NCBI GenBank assembly: GCA_022340775.1 | Contig: JAJDNH010000166.1 | Span: 1 to 60,532 of the forward strand | From: Acidobacteriota bacterium | GTDB taxonomy: Bacteria > Acidobacteriota > Thermoanaerobaculia > Thermoanaerobaculales > Sulfomarinibacteraceae | DNA length: 60,532 bases | Direction of reading: 5' to 3' | Shown: positions 28,243 to 38,217 of the stretch, piece after piece | Numbering within the stretch: the first letter of the stretch is position 1 | Layout: each line of letters begins with the position of its first letter | Translations under genes and position numbers: made by a program | The notes under the pieces: model-generated | Seen by the model: only the letters and a program-made list of their open reading frames with translations | The model's database searches: none | What the model was told of the DNA's origin: nothing

Positions 28243-28803
28243 ATGGCCCGTCACGTCTGTCCGTGGTGGCTCGGATACTGGCTGGTCAACCCGTTGCGAC
28301 GCCTGCTCGAAAACCCGCGCGAGATTCTCCAGTCGTTCGTACGCGAGGGGATGACCGTGCTCGAGCCGGGCTGCGGCATGGGCTTCTTCACTCTCGACCT
28401 GGCGCGCCTGGTCGGGCCGTCCGGCCTGGTGGTCGCCGTTGACCTGCAGGAGCGCATGCTGGCGGGCCTGCGACGCCGTGCCGCACGGGCCGGGCTGCTT
28501 CAGCGCATCGACATCCGTAAGGCCGGTCCCGAAGGCCTGTGCATCGGTGACTTGGAGAATCGCGTTGACCTCGCGTGCCTGCTTCACATGGTCCACGAGG
28601 TGCCGGACCAGGCGGCGTTCTTCGCCGAGATCTCTGCGGCCCTCAGGCCGGGAGGGCGTCTCCTCATCGTCGAGCCGAAAGGACACGTCTCGCAGCCGGC
28701 CTTTGAGGATTCGCTCGCGATGGCTGCCCAGCAGGGGCTGATCGCTGTGGATGCTCCAGCGCTGCGCAGCGGCAGGGCGGCGGTCCTGATCCGAGCGGGG
28801 TAG
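28243..28803 (+). CDS. Class I SAM-dependent methyltransferase
   Basis: VLEPGCGMG, VDLQ, LRPGGRLL. Confidence 0.9.
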   Translation: MARHVCPWWLGYWLVNPLRRLLENPREILQSFVREGMTVLEPGCGMGFFTLDLARLVGPSGLVVAVDLQERMLAGLRRRAARAGLLQRIDIRKAGPEGLCIGDLENRVDLACLLHMVHEVPDQAAFFAEISAALRPGGRLLIVEPKGHVSQPAFEDSLAMAAQQGLIAVDAPALRSGRAAVLIRAG

Positions 28804-28972
28804 GAGCACCTGCATCCGCGAAGAGGCGCGGGTTAACCTCACCTTCAGCCGACGTTCGCACCAGCTTCAGAACTCGTGGGCATCGTGACCTCGCAAGCGA
28901 CGCCCGCGCAGGCACAGCTGCGTTCATGATACTGTCGCAGGCTCAGGGACCATGTCACCGGAGGGTCGGACG

Positions 28973-30676
28973 ATGTCTCGCATCACGCCTCGCGATGCCC
29001 TCATCTTCCTCCTCTCGGCAGTCTTCACGGCGGGACTGACGTTCGCCACGGTGGAGTTGCCGCGGGTGGCGGACAGCTTCCTGCAGGAGACAGTCCAGAC
29101 CCCCGGCTTCGACTCTCACGCCGACCGTGTCAGCCATCTGAAGACCGAGCTCTTCATCGCTCACTTCCACGTCAGAGCTCTCGGATACGGCTGCTTTGCG
29201 GCCATGGTCTTGCTCGTGGTTGCAGGCTTCGCCACCCGGCGAGCAGGGCTCGCGGCGGCGGGAGGCCTGGCCTTCATCCTGCCGCTGTTCGCCCAGTTCG
29301 CCGGCGTGATGTTCTTCCTGGCCGGGCTCGGCCTGCTCAACGTCGTCTGGCTGCCGGTGCTCGACCTGTCGCTGGAGCTGTCCCGTCTGGGTCTCGTGAT
29401 CCGGGTCCCGTACGACCTGCTCAGACGGCTGCTCGGCACTCTCGGTGTCAACGGCTATTGGCCGGTCGTCCTGATCCTCGTCTCCTCCGGGCTCCTGATC
29501 TTCTTCCTCGGGACGTTCGCCTGGCTCTCGGCCCGTGTCCGTGGGCTGCCGATCGCCGAGCGGTCGGTGTACCGGTTCTCCCGTCACCCCCAGTACCTGG
29601 GTTGGATCGTGTGGAGCTACGGCCTCTACCTGCTGTTGGAGCGCGGGATGTACCCGAGGCGCTCATGGGGAATCAGCGCGTCGCTCCCGTGGCTGCTGTC
29701 GACCATGGTCATCCTCGCCGTCGCGATGTTGGAGGAGCTGCAGATGAGGCGGCATCACCCGGAGGCGTACGAGCGGTACCGTCGCTCGGCTCCGTTCCTC
29801 CTGCCCTTCCCGGCCTGGATCGGGAGGCTGATCGCGCTGCCCTGCCGAGTGCTCTTCGGTCGGGACCGCCCCGAACGCAGGCGTGAGGTGGCGGCGGTGG
29901 TGTCGCTGTACACGGCGCTTCTCATGACGGCCTCGATCCTGCTCTACGGCGGCGGCGCGGGGGCCATCGCCGCGCACGTCCTCCCGTCCCGGTGGCTGTC
30001 CGCGAGGGCTCAGAGCCTGGCCGTCGAAATCCGGCGGGAGCAGGACCCGCGGCGCAGGTGGTCGCTCGCCGATCGGCTCGCACGGTCGGGCGCCACGGGA
30101 GTCCGGCCGATGCTGAGCCTGCTCGCCGACGAGAGCCCCGAGCTGCGCGTGCTGGCCGCTAGGCGAGCCGGACGGATGCACTCCGAGAGCACCCTGCGCG
30201 CGCTCCAGACGGCGCTCGCCGACCCGGTGGCCGACGTCCGCTACTGGGCCCTGCGCAGCCTCTCGGAGGTCTGCAGTCAGGAGTGCATCGGTCCGGTCGA
30301 GACTCTTCTCCACGACCCCGAGGTGCACATCCGCGTCACGGCCATGACGCTGCTGGCCGACCTCGGCTCCCCCGCGATGGGCGGCACGGCTACCGAGCTT
30401 CTCTCCAGCCCCCATGCGTGGCAGCGCGCGGCAGCGGCGGATGCCCTGGGGGCTCTTGGCGCTCCGCCGGCCGTGACGATGCTTGCGACAAGGCTCGACG
30501 ATCCCGAGCCGGCGGTGCGACGGTCGGCAGTGCTCGCACTGCTGCGCGTCGGTACCGGGGAGGCCGCCGCAGCCCTTCAGCCAGCCACCCGCGACGACGA
30601 CTGGGAAGTACGTCTGTACGCCGCCGAGGCACTGCGGCGTATCCCCGTGCCGCAGCGGGCCTCGGCCCCCAGGTAA
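28973..30676 (+). CDS. ICMT/PEMT-like membrane methyltransferase domain fused to HEAT repeats
   Basis: YRFSRHPQYLG..EE..Y..Y motif; C-terminal LxDxxxxVR repeats. Confidence 0.75.
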   Translation: MSRITPRDALIFLLSAVFTAGLTFATVELPRVADSFLQETVQTPGFDSHADRVSHLKTELFIAHFHVRALGYGCFAAMVLLVVAGFATRRAGLAAAGGLAFILPLFAQFAGVMFFLAGLGLLNVVWLPVLDLSLELSRLGLVIRVPYDLLRRLLGTLGVNGYWPVVLILVSSGLLIFFLGTFAWLSARVRGLPIAERSVYRFSRHPQYLGWIVWSYGLYLLLERGMYPRRSWGISASLPWLLSTMVILAVAMLEELQMRRHHPEAYERYRRSAPFLLPFPAWIGRLIALPCRVLFGRDRPERRREVAAVVSLYTALLMTASILLYGGGAGAIAAHVLPSRWLSARAQSLAVEIRREQDPRRRWSLADRLARSGATGVRPMLSLLADESPELRVLAARRAGRMHSESTLRALQTALADPVADVRYWALRSLSEVCSQECIGPVETLLHDPEVHIRVTAMTLLADLGSPAMGGTATELLSSPHAWQRAAAADALGALGAPPAVTMLATRLDDPEPAVRRSAVLALLRVGTGEAAAALQPATRDDDWEVRLYAAEALRRIPVPQRASAPR

Positions 30677-30742
30677 ACCTTCCGCGGTGAGCCCGTATCT
30701 CTCATGAGTGTAAACCCAACCCACCCAGTAAAGGAGGCCGCC

Positions 30743-31801
30743 ATGTTATGGAGACCGTCAGGCGCCTGCAGGTCTCGCCGGCTCGCGTCTCTCACTGCAC
30801 GAGAGGCCGTCCAATGTGGGCTCGCCGTGCTCGTTCTCACCAGTCTCGCCTGTACACCCGCTAGAGAAAGGCCGGCAGCTGCGCCCCAGGCCCCGCGCGG
30901 CGCCTGGCTGGGGCAGGAAACGCCCGGCGCCACACCGGTTCAGTTCGCGCCCGGCATCGTCGACACCGATCTCAACCAGCGCGACACGGCGTGGACACCC
31001 GACGGTCGCGAGCTCTACTACTCGTTGGCCAACGGCAGCGCAGGAACGATCGTGCGCCTGCGCCAACTGGCCGACGGCTCGTGGTCGCTCCCCGAGATCC
31101 CGTCCTTCTTGGAAGGTGAGCCCGCCCTCGAGCCGTTTGTCACCCCGGACGGCCGTTGGTTCTACTTTGCCTCTCCGCGCCCGCTCCCGGGGGAAACCGA
31201 GGCGGGCGACTGGAACCTGTGGCGCGCCCCCCGCCGTGACGATGACTGGGGCCAGCCGGCGCCACTGCCGGCCTCGATCAACGCCGCTGGCGACGAGTTC
31301 TACCCCACCCTGACTCGCGGCGGGGACCTGGTGTTCACGGCCAAGCGGGAAGACAGCCTCGGTGGCGAGGACCTCTATCTCGCCCGCGCCGACGGCGACG
31401 GGTTCGCCGCACCCGAGAACCTCGGCCCGCAGATCAACAGCCGTGGCCCCGAGTTCAACGCCCTGATCGAGCCGGAAGGTCGCTGGATCCTGTTCGGCTC
31501 GGCGCGACCGGGAGACGCCGGAGGCGGCGACCTCTACATCAGCTTCGCCACCGACGAGGGCGGCTGGACCCCTGCGAGGGCACTGCCCGAACCCCTCAAC
31601 TCTCCTGCGCTGGACTACTGCCCGGCGCTCTCGCCAGATGGCTCACAGCTCTTCTTCACCAGCCGCCGGATCCCGGCCGGCACGCCGAGGCCGACGACTT
31701 ACCGCGCGCTGGTGGCGCAGCTCCACACCGCAGCCAACGGCAGCAACAACCTGTGGTGGGTGGATGCCGGGGTTCTCGCGAAACTGCGCCCCGCAACGTG
31801 A
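30743..31801 (+). CDS. PD40/TolB-like beta-propeller lipoprotein
   Basis: Repeated TPDG/SPDG..F.S.R.G..G..DLY, NLGPQINS; lipobox SLAC. Confidence 0.85.
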   Translation: MLWRPSGACRSRRLASLTAREAVQCGLAVLVLTSLACTPARERPAAAPQAPRGAWLGQETPGATPVQFAPGIVDTDLNQRDTAWTPDGRELYYSLANGSAGTIVRLRQLADGSWSLPEIPSFLEGEPALEPFVTPDGRWFYFASPRPLPGETEAGDWNLWRAPRRDDDWGQPAPLPASINAAGDEFYPTLTRGGDLVFTAKREDSLGGEDLYLARADGDGFAAPENLGPQINSRGPEFNALIEPEGRWILFGSARPGDAGGGDLYISFATDEGGWTPARALPEPLNSPALDYCPALSPDGSQLFFTSRRIPAGTPRPTTYRALVAQLHTAANGSNNLWWVDAGVLAKLRPAT

Positions 31802-31866
31802 CGACGGACGCGGGCAGCGGTAGGATCGTTTCCTGAGATCCCTGTAGGGCCCAGAAGGAGGGGGGC

Positions 31867-32343
31867 ATGAAGAAGACCATCCGGTTCCGGCTGAACGGAA
31901 AGCCCACGACGCTGGAAACCGACGGTGATCGGACGCTGCTGTGGGTGCTGCGGACCGATCTCGGGCTCACCGGCACCAAGTATGGGTGTGGCGAGGCCAT
32001 CTGCGGAGCATGCACGGTGGTGGTCAACGGCGAGGCAGTGCGCTCCTGCAGCGTACCGGTCTCATCGGTCGACGGCGCCGAGGTCGTCACTATCGAGGGT
32101 CTGACCCGTGGCGGCAAGCTCCACCCGCTGCAGGAGGCGTTCATCGAGCACGGCGGCTTCCAGTGCGGCTACTGCACGCCAGGGATGATCATGAATGCCT
32201 ACGCCTTCCTGCGCGCGCATCCCAAGGCATCGCGGGAGGAGATCGTCAAGGGCATGGAGGACAACCTGTGCCGCTGCGGGGCCCACCAACGGATCATCGC
32301 CGCGATCGAGGAGGTAGCGCACGGGGCCGGAGGTGCGTCATGA
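31867..32343 (+). CDS. (2Fe-2S) small subunit of xanthine dehydrogenase-family molybdoenzyme (IorA/CoxS-like)
   Basis: GTKYGCGEAICGACTV, QCGYCTPG, NLCRCG. Confidence 0.95.
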   Translation: MKKTIRFRLNGKPTTLETDGDRTLLWVLRTDLGLTGTKYGCGEAICGACTVVVNGEAVRSCSVPVSSVDGAEVVTIEGLTRGGKLHPLQEAFIEHGGFQCGYCTPGMIMNAYAFLRAHPKASREEIVKGMEDNLCRCGAHQRIIAAIEEVAHGAGGAS

Positions 32344-34472
32344 CCCAACGACACGGCATTGACCGCCGCCAGTTCGTCAAGCTCGTGGGCGGTGGGGTGG
32401 TGGTCCTGGTGACTACCAAGCCGTCCGCTCTCCTCGCCCAGCGGCGTCGGCTCTACCCGGAGGACCTCAACGCCTACCTGCGGATCGCCGAGGACGGCCG
32501 GGTGACGGTGTTCACGGGCAAGATCGAGATGGGCCAGGGAGTCATGACCTCGCAGCCGCAGATGGTGGCTGAGGAGCTGCGCGTGGCCTTCGACGCGGTG
32601 GAGATCGTGATGGGCGACACCGCCCGCTGCCCGTGGGACATGGGTACGTTCGGCTCGCTGACGACGCGCATGTTCGGGCCGGTGCTGCGCGCGGCAGCGG
32701 CCGAGGCACGGGCCGTGATGCTGCGGCTCGCCGCCGAGAAGCTGGGCGTGCCGCGCTCCAAGCTGGTGGTCGAGAACGGCGTCGTGTCGGTCACCGGCCA
32801 ACCTACACGCAAGGTCACCTACGGCGAGCTCGCCAAGGGCAGGCGAATCCTGCGCACGGTGGACGACAAGGCGGTGCTGCGCAAGGCGTCCGAGTTCACC
32901 GTCATGGGGACCTCGCCTCTGCGCCTCGACGGGCACGACAAGGTGAGCGGCGCGGGCCACTACGCCGGCGACGTACGGCTGCCCGGAATGCTGTACGCCC
33001 GCATCCTGCGCCCGCCGGCACACGGCGCCAAGCTGACCAAGCTGGACACCTCGGCGGCCGCCAAGATCCCCGGGGTGACCGTGGTCAACAAGAAGGATCT
33101 GGTGGCGGTGCTGCACGCTGATCCCGAGACCGCTGACCAGGCACTCTCGCGCGTCAAGGCGTCGTGGGACAAGCCGCAGCCGCCGTTCGACACCGAGACC
33201 GTGTTCGACCACCTGGTGAAGGTGGCCGGGAAAGGCGAGGTGACCAGCTCCCGTGGCGATGTCGCGGCAGCTCGCACCGCCGCCGTCCATGTCTTCGAGT
33301 CGACGTTCCACAAGGGTTACGTGGCGCACGCGCCGATAGAGCCGCACACTACGATCGCCGACGTCAAGAGCGGCAAGGCGACGGTGTGGGCGTCAACCCA
33401 GACCCCGTTCCCGACCCGCGACCGCTTGGCCGAGGAGCTGGGCCTCGATCCCAAGAACGTCCGCGTGATCACGCCCTACGTCGGCGGCGGTTTCGGCGGC
33501 AAGAGCGCCGGCCTGCAGACGTCTGAGGCCGCCAAGCTATCGCAGATCACCGGCAAGCCGGTGCAGGTCAGGTTCAGCCGCGCGGAGGAGTTCTTCTACG
33601 ACACCTTTGATCCGGCGGCGGTCGTCAAGCTGGTCTCGGGGCTTGACGCGAATGGCAAGGTCTCGCTGTGGGACTACCACGTGATCGCGGCGGGCGATCG
33701 CGGGGCGGCAGTGTTCTACGACATTCCCAATGTGTCGATCAGCGTTGCCGGTGGTTGGCACGGCCGCGGCAGGGACCTGCACCTGTTCGGCATCGGTCCG
33801 TGGCGGGCCCCGGGCGCCAACATGAACGTCTTCGCCAAGGAATCGCAGATCGACATCATGGCCGCTGCGGCGAGAATTGACCCGGTGGAGCTGAGGCTGC
33901 GCAACCTGACCGACGAGCGCATGCGGCGGGTGCTGCAGGCGGCCGCCAAGGCGTACGGTTGGAAACCGCGCGTAGCGCCCGCGGGCAAGGGGCGCGGGCG
34001 CGGCGTCGCGTGCGGGATCGATGCCGGTACCTACGTGACGCTGATGGCCGACGTCACGGTGGACCTCGAAAAGGGAACGGTGCACGTCGACCGCGTGGTG
34101 GCGGCCCAGGACATGGGAATCATCGTCAACCCCACCGGCGCCAAGATGCAGATGGAGGGGTGCGTCACACAGGGGCTCGGCTACTGCCTGTCCGAGGAGC
34201 TGCGCTTTACCGGCGGCGAGATCCTCGACCGCAACTTCGACACCTACCTCCTGCCCCGGTTCTCGGCGGTTCCGAAGATCGAAACCGTCCTGGTGCGAAA
34301 CGACGAGCTGGATCCTCAGGGCGGCGGCGAACCTGCGATCGTGCCGATGGGTGCAGTCATCGCCAACGCCGTCTTCGACGCCACCGGGTTGCGCTTCTAC
34401 CGCCTGCCGATGACGCCCGAGCGCGTGCGCGCCGCCCTGGCGAAGAAGGGAGCGACCGCAGCCGCGACATAG
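32340..34472 (+). CDS. Molybdopterin-binding large subunit (IorB-like) with Tat signal
   Basis: RRQFVK twin-arginine motif, EMGQG, GGGFGGK, WRAPG, QMEG, GGGEP; ATGA overlap. Confidence 0.93.
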   Translation: MTQRHGIDRRQFVKLVGGGVVVLVTTKPSALLAQRRRLYPEDLNAYLRIAEDGRVTVFTGKIEMGQGVMTSQPQMVAEELRVAFDAVEIVMGDTARCPWDMGTFGSLTTRMFGPVLRAAAAEARAVMLRLAAEKLGVPRSKLVVENGVVSVTGQPTRKVTYGELAKGRRILRTVDDKAVLRKASEFTVMGTSPLRLDGHDKVSGAGHYAGDVRLPGMLYARILRPPAHGAKLTKLDTSAAAKIPGVTVVNKKDLVAVLHADPETADQALSRVKASWDKPQPPFDTETVFDHLVKVAGKGEVTSSRGDVAAARTAAVHVFESTFHKGYVAHAPIEPHTTIADVKSGKATVWASTQTPFPTRDRLAEELGLDPKNVRVITPYVGGGFGGKSAGLQTSEAAKLSQITGKPVQVRFSRAEEFFYDTFDPAAVVKLVSGLDANGKVSLWDYHVIAAGDRGAAVFYDIPNVSISVAGGWHGRGRDLHLFGIGPWRAPGANMNVFAKESQIDIMAAAARIDPVELRLRNLTDERMRRVLQAAAKAYGWKPRVAPAGKGRGRGVACGIDAGTYVTLMADVTVDLEKGTVHVDRVVAAQDMGIIVNPTGAKMQMEGCVTQGLGYCLSEELRFTGGEILDRNFDTYLLPRFSAVPKIETVLVRNDELDPQGGGEPAIVPMGAVIANAVFDATGLRFYRLPMTPERVRAALAKKGATAAAT

Positions 34473-34571
34473 TCTCTGGAGTAGACCGGCGCTTCTGCCT
34501 GTTTCCTCCATCGGGCCCGTCCGCTCGGGGGCGGCGGTCCGAATACGACTCGCGCAGACTGGAGGGACATC

Positions 34572-34781
34572 ATGAAGACGAACATGGGAGCGGCCGATCG
34601 CATCATCCGGCTTCTGATCGTGGCGGTGGTGATCGTGCTGTACTTCACTGGAACCATCCACGGCACCCTCGCCATCGTCCTCGGCATCATCGCCGCGATC
34701 TTCCTCATCACCAGCCTGGTGGGGTTCTGTCCGGCCTATGTGCCGCTCGGCATCTCCACCGGCAAGAAGAAGCAGACCTGA
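34572..34781 (+). CDS. DUF2892 (YgaP-like) membrane protein
   Basis: NMG.ADRIIR..TSLVGFCPAY..GIST. Confidence 0.9.
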   Translation: MKTNMGAADRIIRLLIVAVVIVLYFTGTIHGTLAIVLGIIAAIFLITSLVGFCPAYVPLGISTGKKKQT

Positions 34782-34876
34782 GGACGTGCGCGCGGTCGTC
34801 CGCGCCCCGCGCCGGCTGGTCGAGCCCCCTGGTCGCCAACCGTGACCGCTGCACGCCTTCGTCAGGGAGGCCCGTA

Positions 34877-36217
34877 ATGACCGACTCGAAACTCGACCAC
34901 GCCATCGCCACCTCTATTCTCGCCATCGATACCGTCTGGGGCGGCGACGTCATGAACCCTTCCGGAACGGGCCGCTTCATCGCTGACTCGTGGTGCTCCG
35001 ACGAGCCCCTGCCGGAGGCGTACTCGCATGCCAGGGCCGCGGCGGTCCGCGCCGCGGGCGGTCTCTCCGCATCCGAGCCGGACCGTACGGCGCTGGAAGC
35101 CTACATCGAGGCGATCGACGTCCCCGGGGCGATAGGAGAGCTGCGCGACGGCGCAGCCGCAGTGGGCGGCCCGCGGGGGGAGTTTCTGGCCGGGCTCGGC
35201 GAGTGCCTCGAAGTGATGTGGGATCTAGCCCTCGAGGTCCTCGACCGCGGCGAGCCGGTTCCCTACGAACGTTCCGTGCTCGCCTCGACCGCCGCCCCGC
35301 CGACGCAATCCGACCCGCGCACGCAGCGCGAACGCCTCGGGGCCCTGCTCGGCCGCGCCGGCTACCCCGCCGACAACGACGCCGATCTGCTTGACGCCGC
35401 CGACGCCTGGCGCGGCGAGCGCATGGTCCCTCCGCCCACGATCCCGGCGCTCGGCCGCGCCTTCATCGCCGAGCTGGACGCCGCGACCGTGGCGAAGGTG
35501 TTGCCCCACCTCCCGGCCGAGGTGCACGGCGTCCCACGCTCCAACGTGGAGTTTTTGGCCATCAAGGACGCATGGTTCTCGGGCTCGATGAACTACGTCG
35601 GCCGCGCCCGCACCGCCGACGGCCGACCCGAGTACGAGGCCACGTACGAGATCAACGCGTCGCTCGAGATCTCGGTGCCGGAGTTCGTCCAGCTCGTGAG
35701 CCACGAGGTGGTCCCCGGCCACGTCACGACGTTCGCCTACGTTCAACACCTCTACACGCTGGGCAAGGTCGGCTTCGAGGGCACCATCCTGACCATGAAC
35801 AGCCGCTACTCGACACTCGCCGAGGGAATCGCCAACAATGCCATCCTGATGGCACACGGCGTGACCGAGATCGACCAGCTGCCGGACGAAGATCTCCAGA
35901 TCGGCACCCTGCTGGCGCTGCTCCAGGACGATGCCAAGAACCAGGCCTCGTACCTCACCTGGCAGGAGGGCTGGGCACAGCCTGACGTCGAGGCAGTCCT
36001 GCGCCGCGACTTTGTGGTCTCCGAGGAGCGGGCGGGAAAGCTGTCCGGACCGTGGGCGAAGCACCCGATCCTGGGCCGGATGTACCTGCCGGCCTACCGG
36101 GCGGGGACCGAGAAGGTTGCCGAGCTGCGACGCGTACGTTCCGACGCCGATGTCCTGCCGGCGCTGTATGGCTGCCGGGGGCTGGTGGACGTGGCAACCG
36201 TGGACCGCGTGCTGTAG
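34877..36217 (+). CDS. Hypothetical protein, DUF885-like putative zinc metallopeptidase
   Basis: HEVVPGH and downstream EGIA motifs; GGGAGG RBS. Confidence 0.6.
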   Translation: MTDSKLDHAIATSILAIDTVWGGDVMNPSGTGRFIADSWCSDEPLPEAYSHARAAAVRAAGGLSASEPDRTALEAYIEAIDVPGAIGELRDGAAAVGGPRGEFLAGLGECLEVMWDLALEVLDRGEPVPYERSVLASTAAPPTQSDPRTQRERLGALLGRAGYPADNDADLLDAADAWRGERMVPPPTIPALGRAFIAELDAATVAKVLPHLPAEVHGVPRSNVEFLAIKDAWFSGSMNYVGRARTADGRPEYEATYEINASLEISVPEFVQLVSHEVVPGHVTTFAYVQHLYTLGKVGFEGTILTMNSRYSTLAEGIANNAILMAHGVTEIDQLPDEDLQIGTLLALLQDDAKNQASYLTWQEGWAQPDVEAVLRRDFVVSEERAGKLSGPWAKHPILGRMYLPAYRAGTEKVAELRRVRSDADVLPALYGCRGLVDVATVDRVL

Positions 36218-36257
36218 CGCCGTTCGGCGCCAGGACCGCTCACCGAAGGAGGGTCTG

Positions 36258-37124
36258 ATGCAGGGCTCCTTTGCCGAAGACCCCGGTCTCCTCGGCCGGC
36301 TCATGGATCTTCTCGATCTAGTCTTCCCCGGCTTGGCGCGGGGCGCCGACCGCGCCCGCATCCTGGGCGCGCCGTGGGAGCAGGTCTCGACGCCGTTCAT
36401 CGCCACCGACGCCGGCCGCCTCGTCTCCCACGTGGGGCTCATCGAGCTGCCGCTGGTGATCGAAGGGAGGTGCCAGATCGTCGGCGCCATCCATGGCGTC
36501 GCCACGCACCCCGAGCACCGCCGACGTGGGCACTACCGCCGGCTGATGGAGGAGGTGCTCGAGCACTGCCAGGATCGACTCCCAACCCAGATCCTGACCA
36601 CCGAGCACCCCGAGTACTTCACCCCGTTCGGCTTCCGCGTGGTGCCCGAGCACGTCTTCACCGTGCCCAGCCGCCGCCCTGCCGGCCCCGGCCAGGTGCG
36701 CCTTCTCGACCTCGACGACAACGACGACGTGACTCTCCTCCACCGCCTCCTGGAAAGCCGGACGCCGGTCTCCAGCCGGCTGGGAGTCGTTCGCGAGCAC
36801 GGAGTCTTCTGCTTCAACGAGGGCCGCCGACCGCTCCACTACGCCCCGGACCTGGATGTCGTTCTGTGCTTCGAGCAGGAGAACGAGAAGGTAACCCTGT
36901 ATGACGTGGTTGGTCCCGAGCTGCCGCCGCTCGACGCCGTGCTCGACCGCCTCCCGGGACCGGTCTCTTCGGTCACCCTGGCCTTCGCACCCGACCGGCT
37001 CGCACCCGACGCGACCCCGGTCCCGGGCTTGTTCAACCACGACGGACCTTCGTATCTCATGGTGCGTGGCTCCCTCGGCGAGGCCAACGAGCCGTTCGCT
37101 CTTCCACGTCCGGCTCGGACGTGA
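36258..37124 (+). CDS. GNAT family N-acetyltransferase
   Basis: VATHPEHRRRGHYRRLM acetyl-CoA motif, YF..FGF. Confidence 0.88.
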   Translation: MQGSFAEDPGLLGRLMDLLDLVFPGLARGADRARILGAPWEQVSTPFIATDAGRLVSHVGLIELPLVIEGRCQIVGAIHGVATHPEHRRRGHYRRLMEEVLEHCQDRLPTQILTTEHPEYFTPFGFRVVPEHVFTVPSRRPAGPGQVRLLDLDDNDDVTLLHRLLESRTPVSSRLGVVREHGVFCFNEGRRPLHYAPDLDVVLCFEQENEKVTLYDVVGPELPPLDAVLDRLPGPVSSVTLAFAPDRLAPDATPVPGLFNHDGPSYLMVRGSLGEANEPFALPRPART

Positions 37125-37161
37125 CAATGTATGAGATCATCCGGGGAGAGGTCTTCTCGGC

Positions 37162-37566
37162 ATGAGCATCCACGTTGTGCGCCTGGGCACGCCGCGACTT
37201 CACAACGAGGGCCTGCGCATCGGCACCGTCCGCCGGCCACCGCGCGGCGTCCCCAAGGAGCGCTTCGCGCTCGATGACTGGTACGACGTCTGGCTGCCGA
37301 ACCTGGCGCCGAGCGCCGAGCTGGTGAAGCAGGCCCGGACCGCGGCCACGTCGCGCGAGTGGCAGGTGTTCGTCCGCAAGTACCGGGCCGAGATGGCGAC
37401 GCCGGAGGCGGCGCGGGTGCTCGACCTGCTGGCGGCGTTGTCCCACGAGACTGACTTTTCGGTCGGCTGCTACTGCGAGGACGAGTCCCACTGCCACCGC
37501 TCGGTGCTGCGCGCGCTCCTGGCCGAGCGTGGGGCGGACATCGCCCCCCACCCAACCAGTGATTAA
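37162..37566 (+). CDS. DUF488 family protein
   Basis: RRPPRGVPK, LAPS.EL, CYCEDESHCHRSVL. Confidence 0.88.
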   Translation: MSIHVVRLGTPRLHNEGLRIGTVRRPPRGVPKERFALDDWYDVWLPNLAPSAELVKQARTAATSREWQVFVRKYRAEMATPEAARVLDLLAALSHETDFSVGCYCEDESHCHRSVLRALLAERGADIAPHPTSD

Positions 37567-37595
37567 GTTATTAAGATGTTAGGTAATTAGGTTTC
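37544..37595 (+). repeat. C-box plus AT-rich 8-bp tandem array
   Basis: CCCCCCACCCAA then CCAGTGAT TAAGTTAT TAAGATGT TAGGTAAT TAGGTTTC. Confidence 0.8.
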
Positions 37596-37669
37596 CATAC
37601 CCCTCCAGACATAGTAACTGCTACGCGCTCCACGCCAAAACAGAGGTATGATGGTGTTCTGGAGTCAGC

Positions 37670-38110
37670 ATGGAAGCCATCGAGGTGGTCCGGCATTTCG
37701 TCGAGGCCATGAACCGGCGTGACGTCGAGGCGATGGCCGGGTGGATGTCGCCCGACCACGTTCTGATCGACGGAGAGGGCGACCTCGTGGCCGGCGGCGA
37801 ACGGCTGCGAGCCGCCTGGAAGGCATACTTCTCCCTGTTCCCCGACTACGCCATCACCATCGAGGAGATCTTCGCAGCCGGGGACTCGGTGGCGGTCTTC
37901 GGGACTGCTGAGGGCACCTACGCACCCGACGGCAGAATGGACCCCACGAACCACTGGACCATCCCCGCCGCCTGGCTCGCGGTCCTCAAGGGCGAATCCA
38001 TCGCATCCTGGCAGGTCTACGCCGGCACCGAGCCGATCCGCAGGATCATGGCGAGGTACCGGGAGGAACGATCGCGGGCCGGAGAGGATGAGGACCTAGG
38101 AAGTAACTAA
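37670..38110 (+). CDS. SnoaL/NTF2-like protein
   Basis: VVRHFVEAMNRRD..FPDY.I.IEEIFA.GD.VAV. Confidence 0.88.
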   Translation: MEAIEVVRHFVEAMNRRDVEAMAGWMSPDHVLIDGEGDLVAGGERLRAAWKAYFSLFPDYAITIEEIFAAGDSVAVFGTAEGTYAPDGRMDPTNHWTIPAAWLAVLKGESIASWQVYAGTEPIRRIMARYREERSRAGEDEDLGSN

Positions 38111-38208
38111 GTTGTTGAGTGATTAAGTTGCCCCCGCCCCCCCCAAAGACGCGAGACGTACCCCCCCCAAGAAGAAAGAAGAGAGAGGAGAGGCCGCCAC
38201 CCACCCGC
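38100..38208 (+). repeat. Composite repeat: 8-bp array / C-box / 7-bp array / C-box / 7-bp array / C-box
   Basis: GAAGTAAC TAAGTTGT TGAGTGAT TAAGTTGC; CCCCCGCCCCCCCC; AAAGACG CGAGACG; C8; GAAGAAA GAAGAGA GAGGAGA; CCACCCACCCGC. Confidence 0.75.
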
Positions 38209-38217
38209 AGTGAACGG

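Noticed and set aside
31867-34472. Molybdoenzyme lacking an FAD subunit
   Set aside because: Normal for two-subunit IorAB-type enzymes
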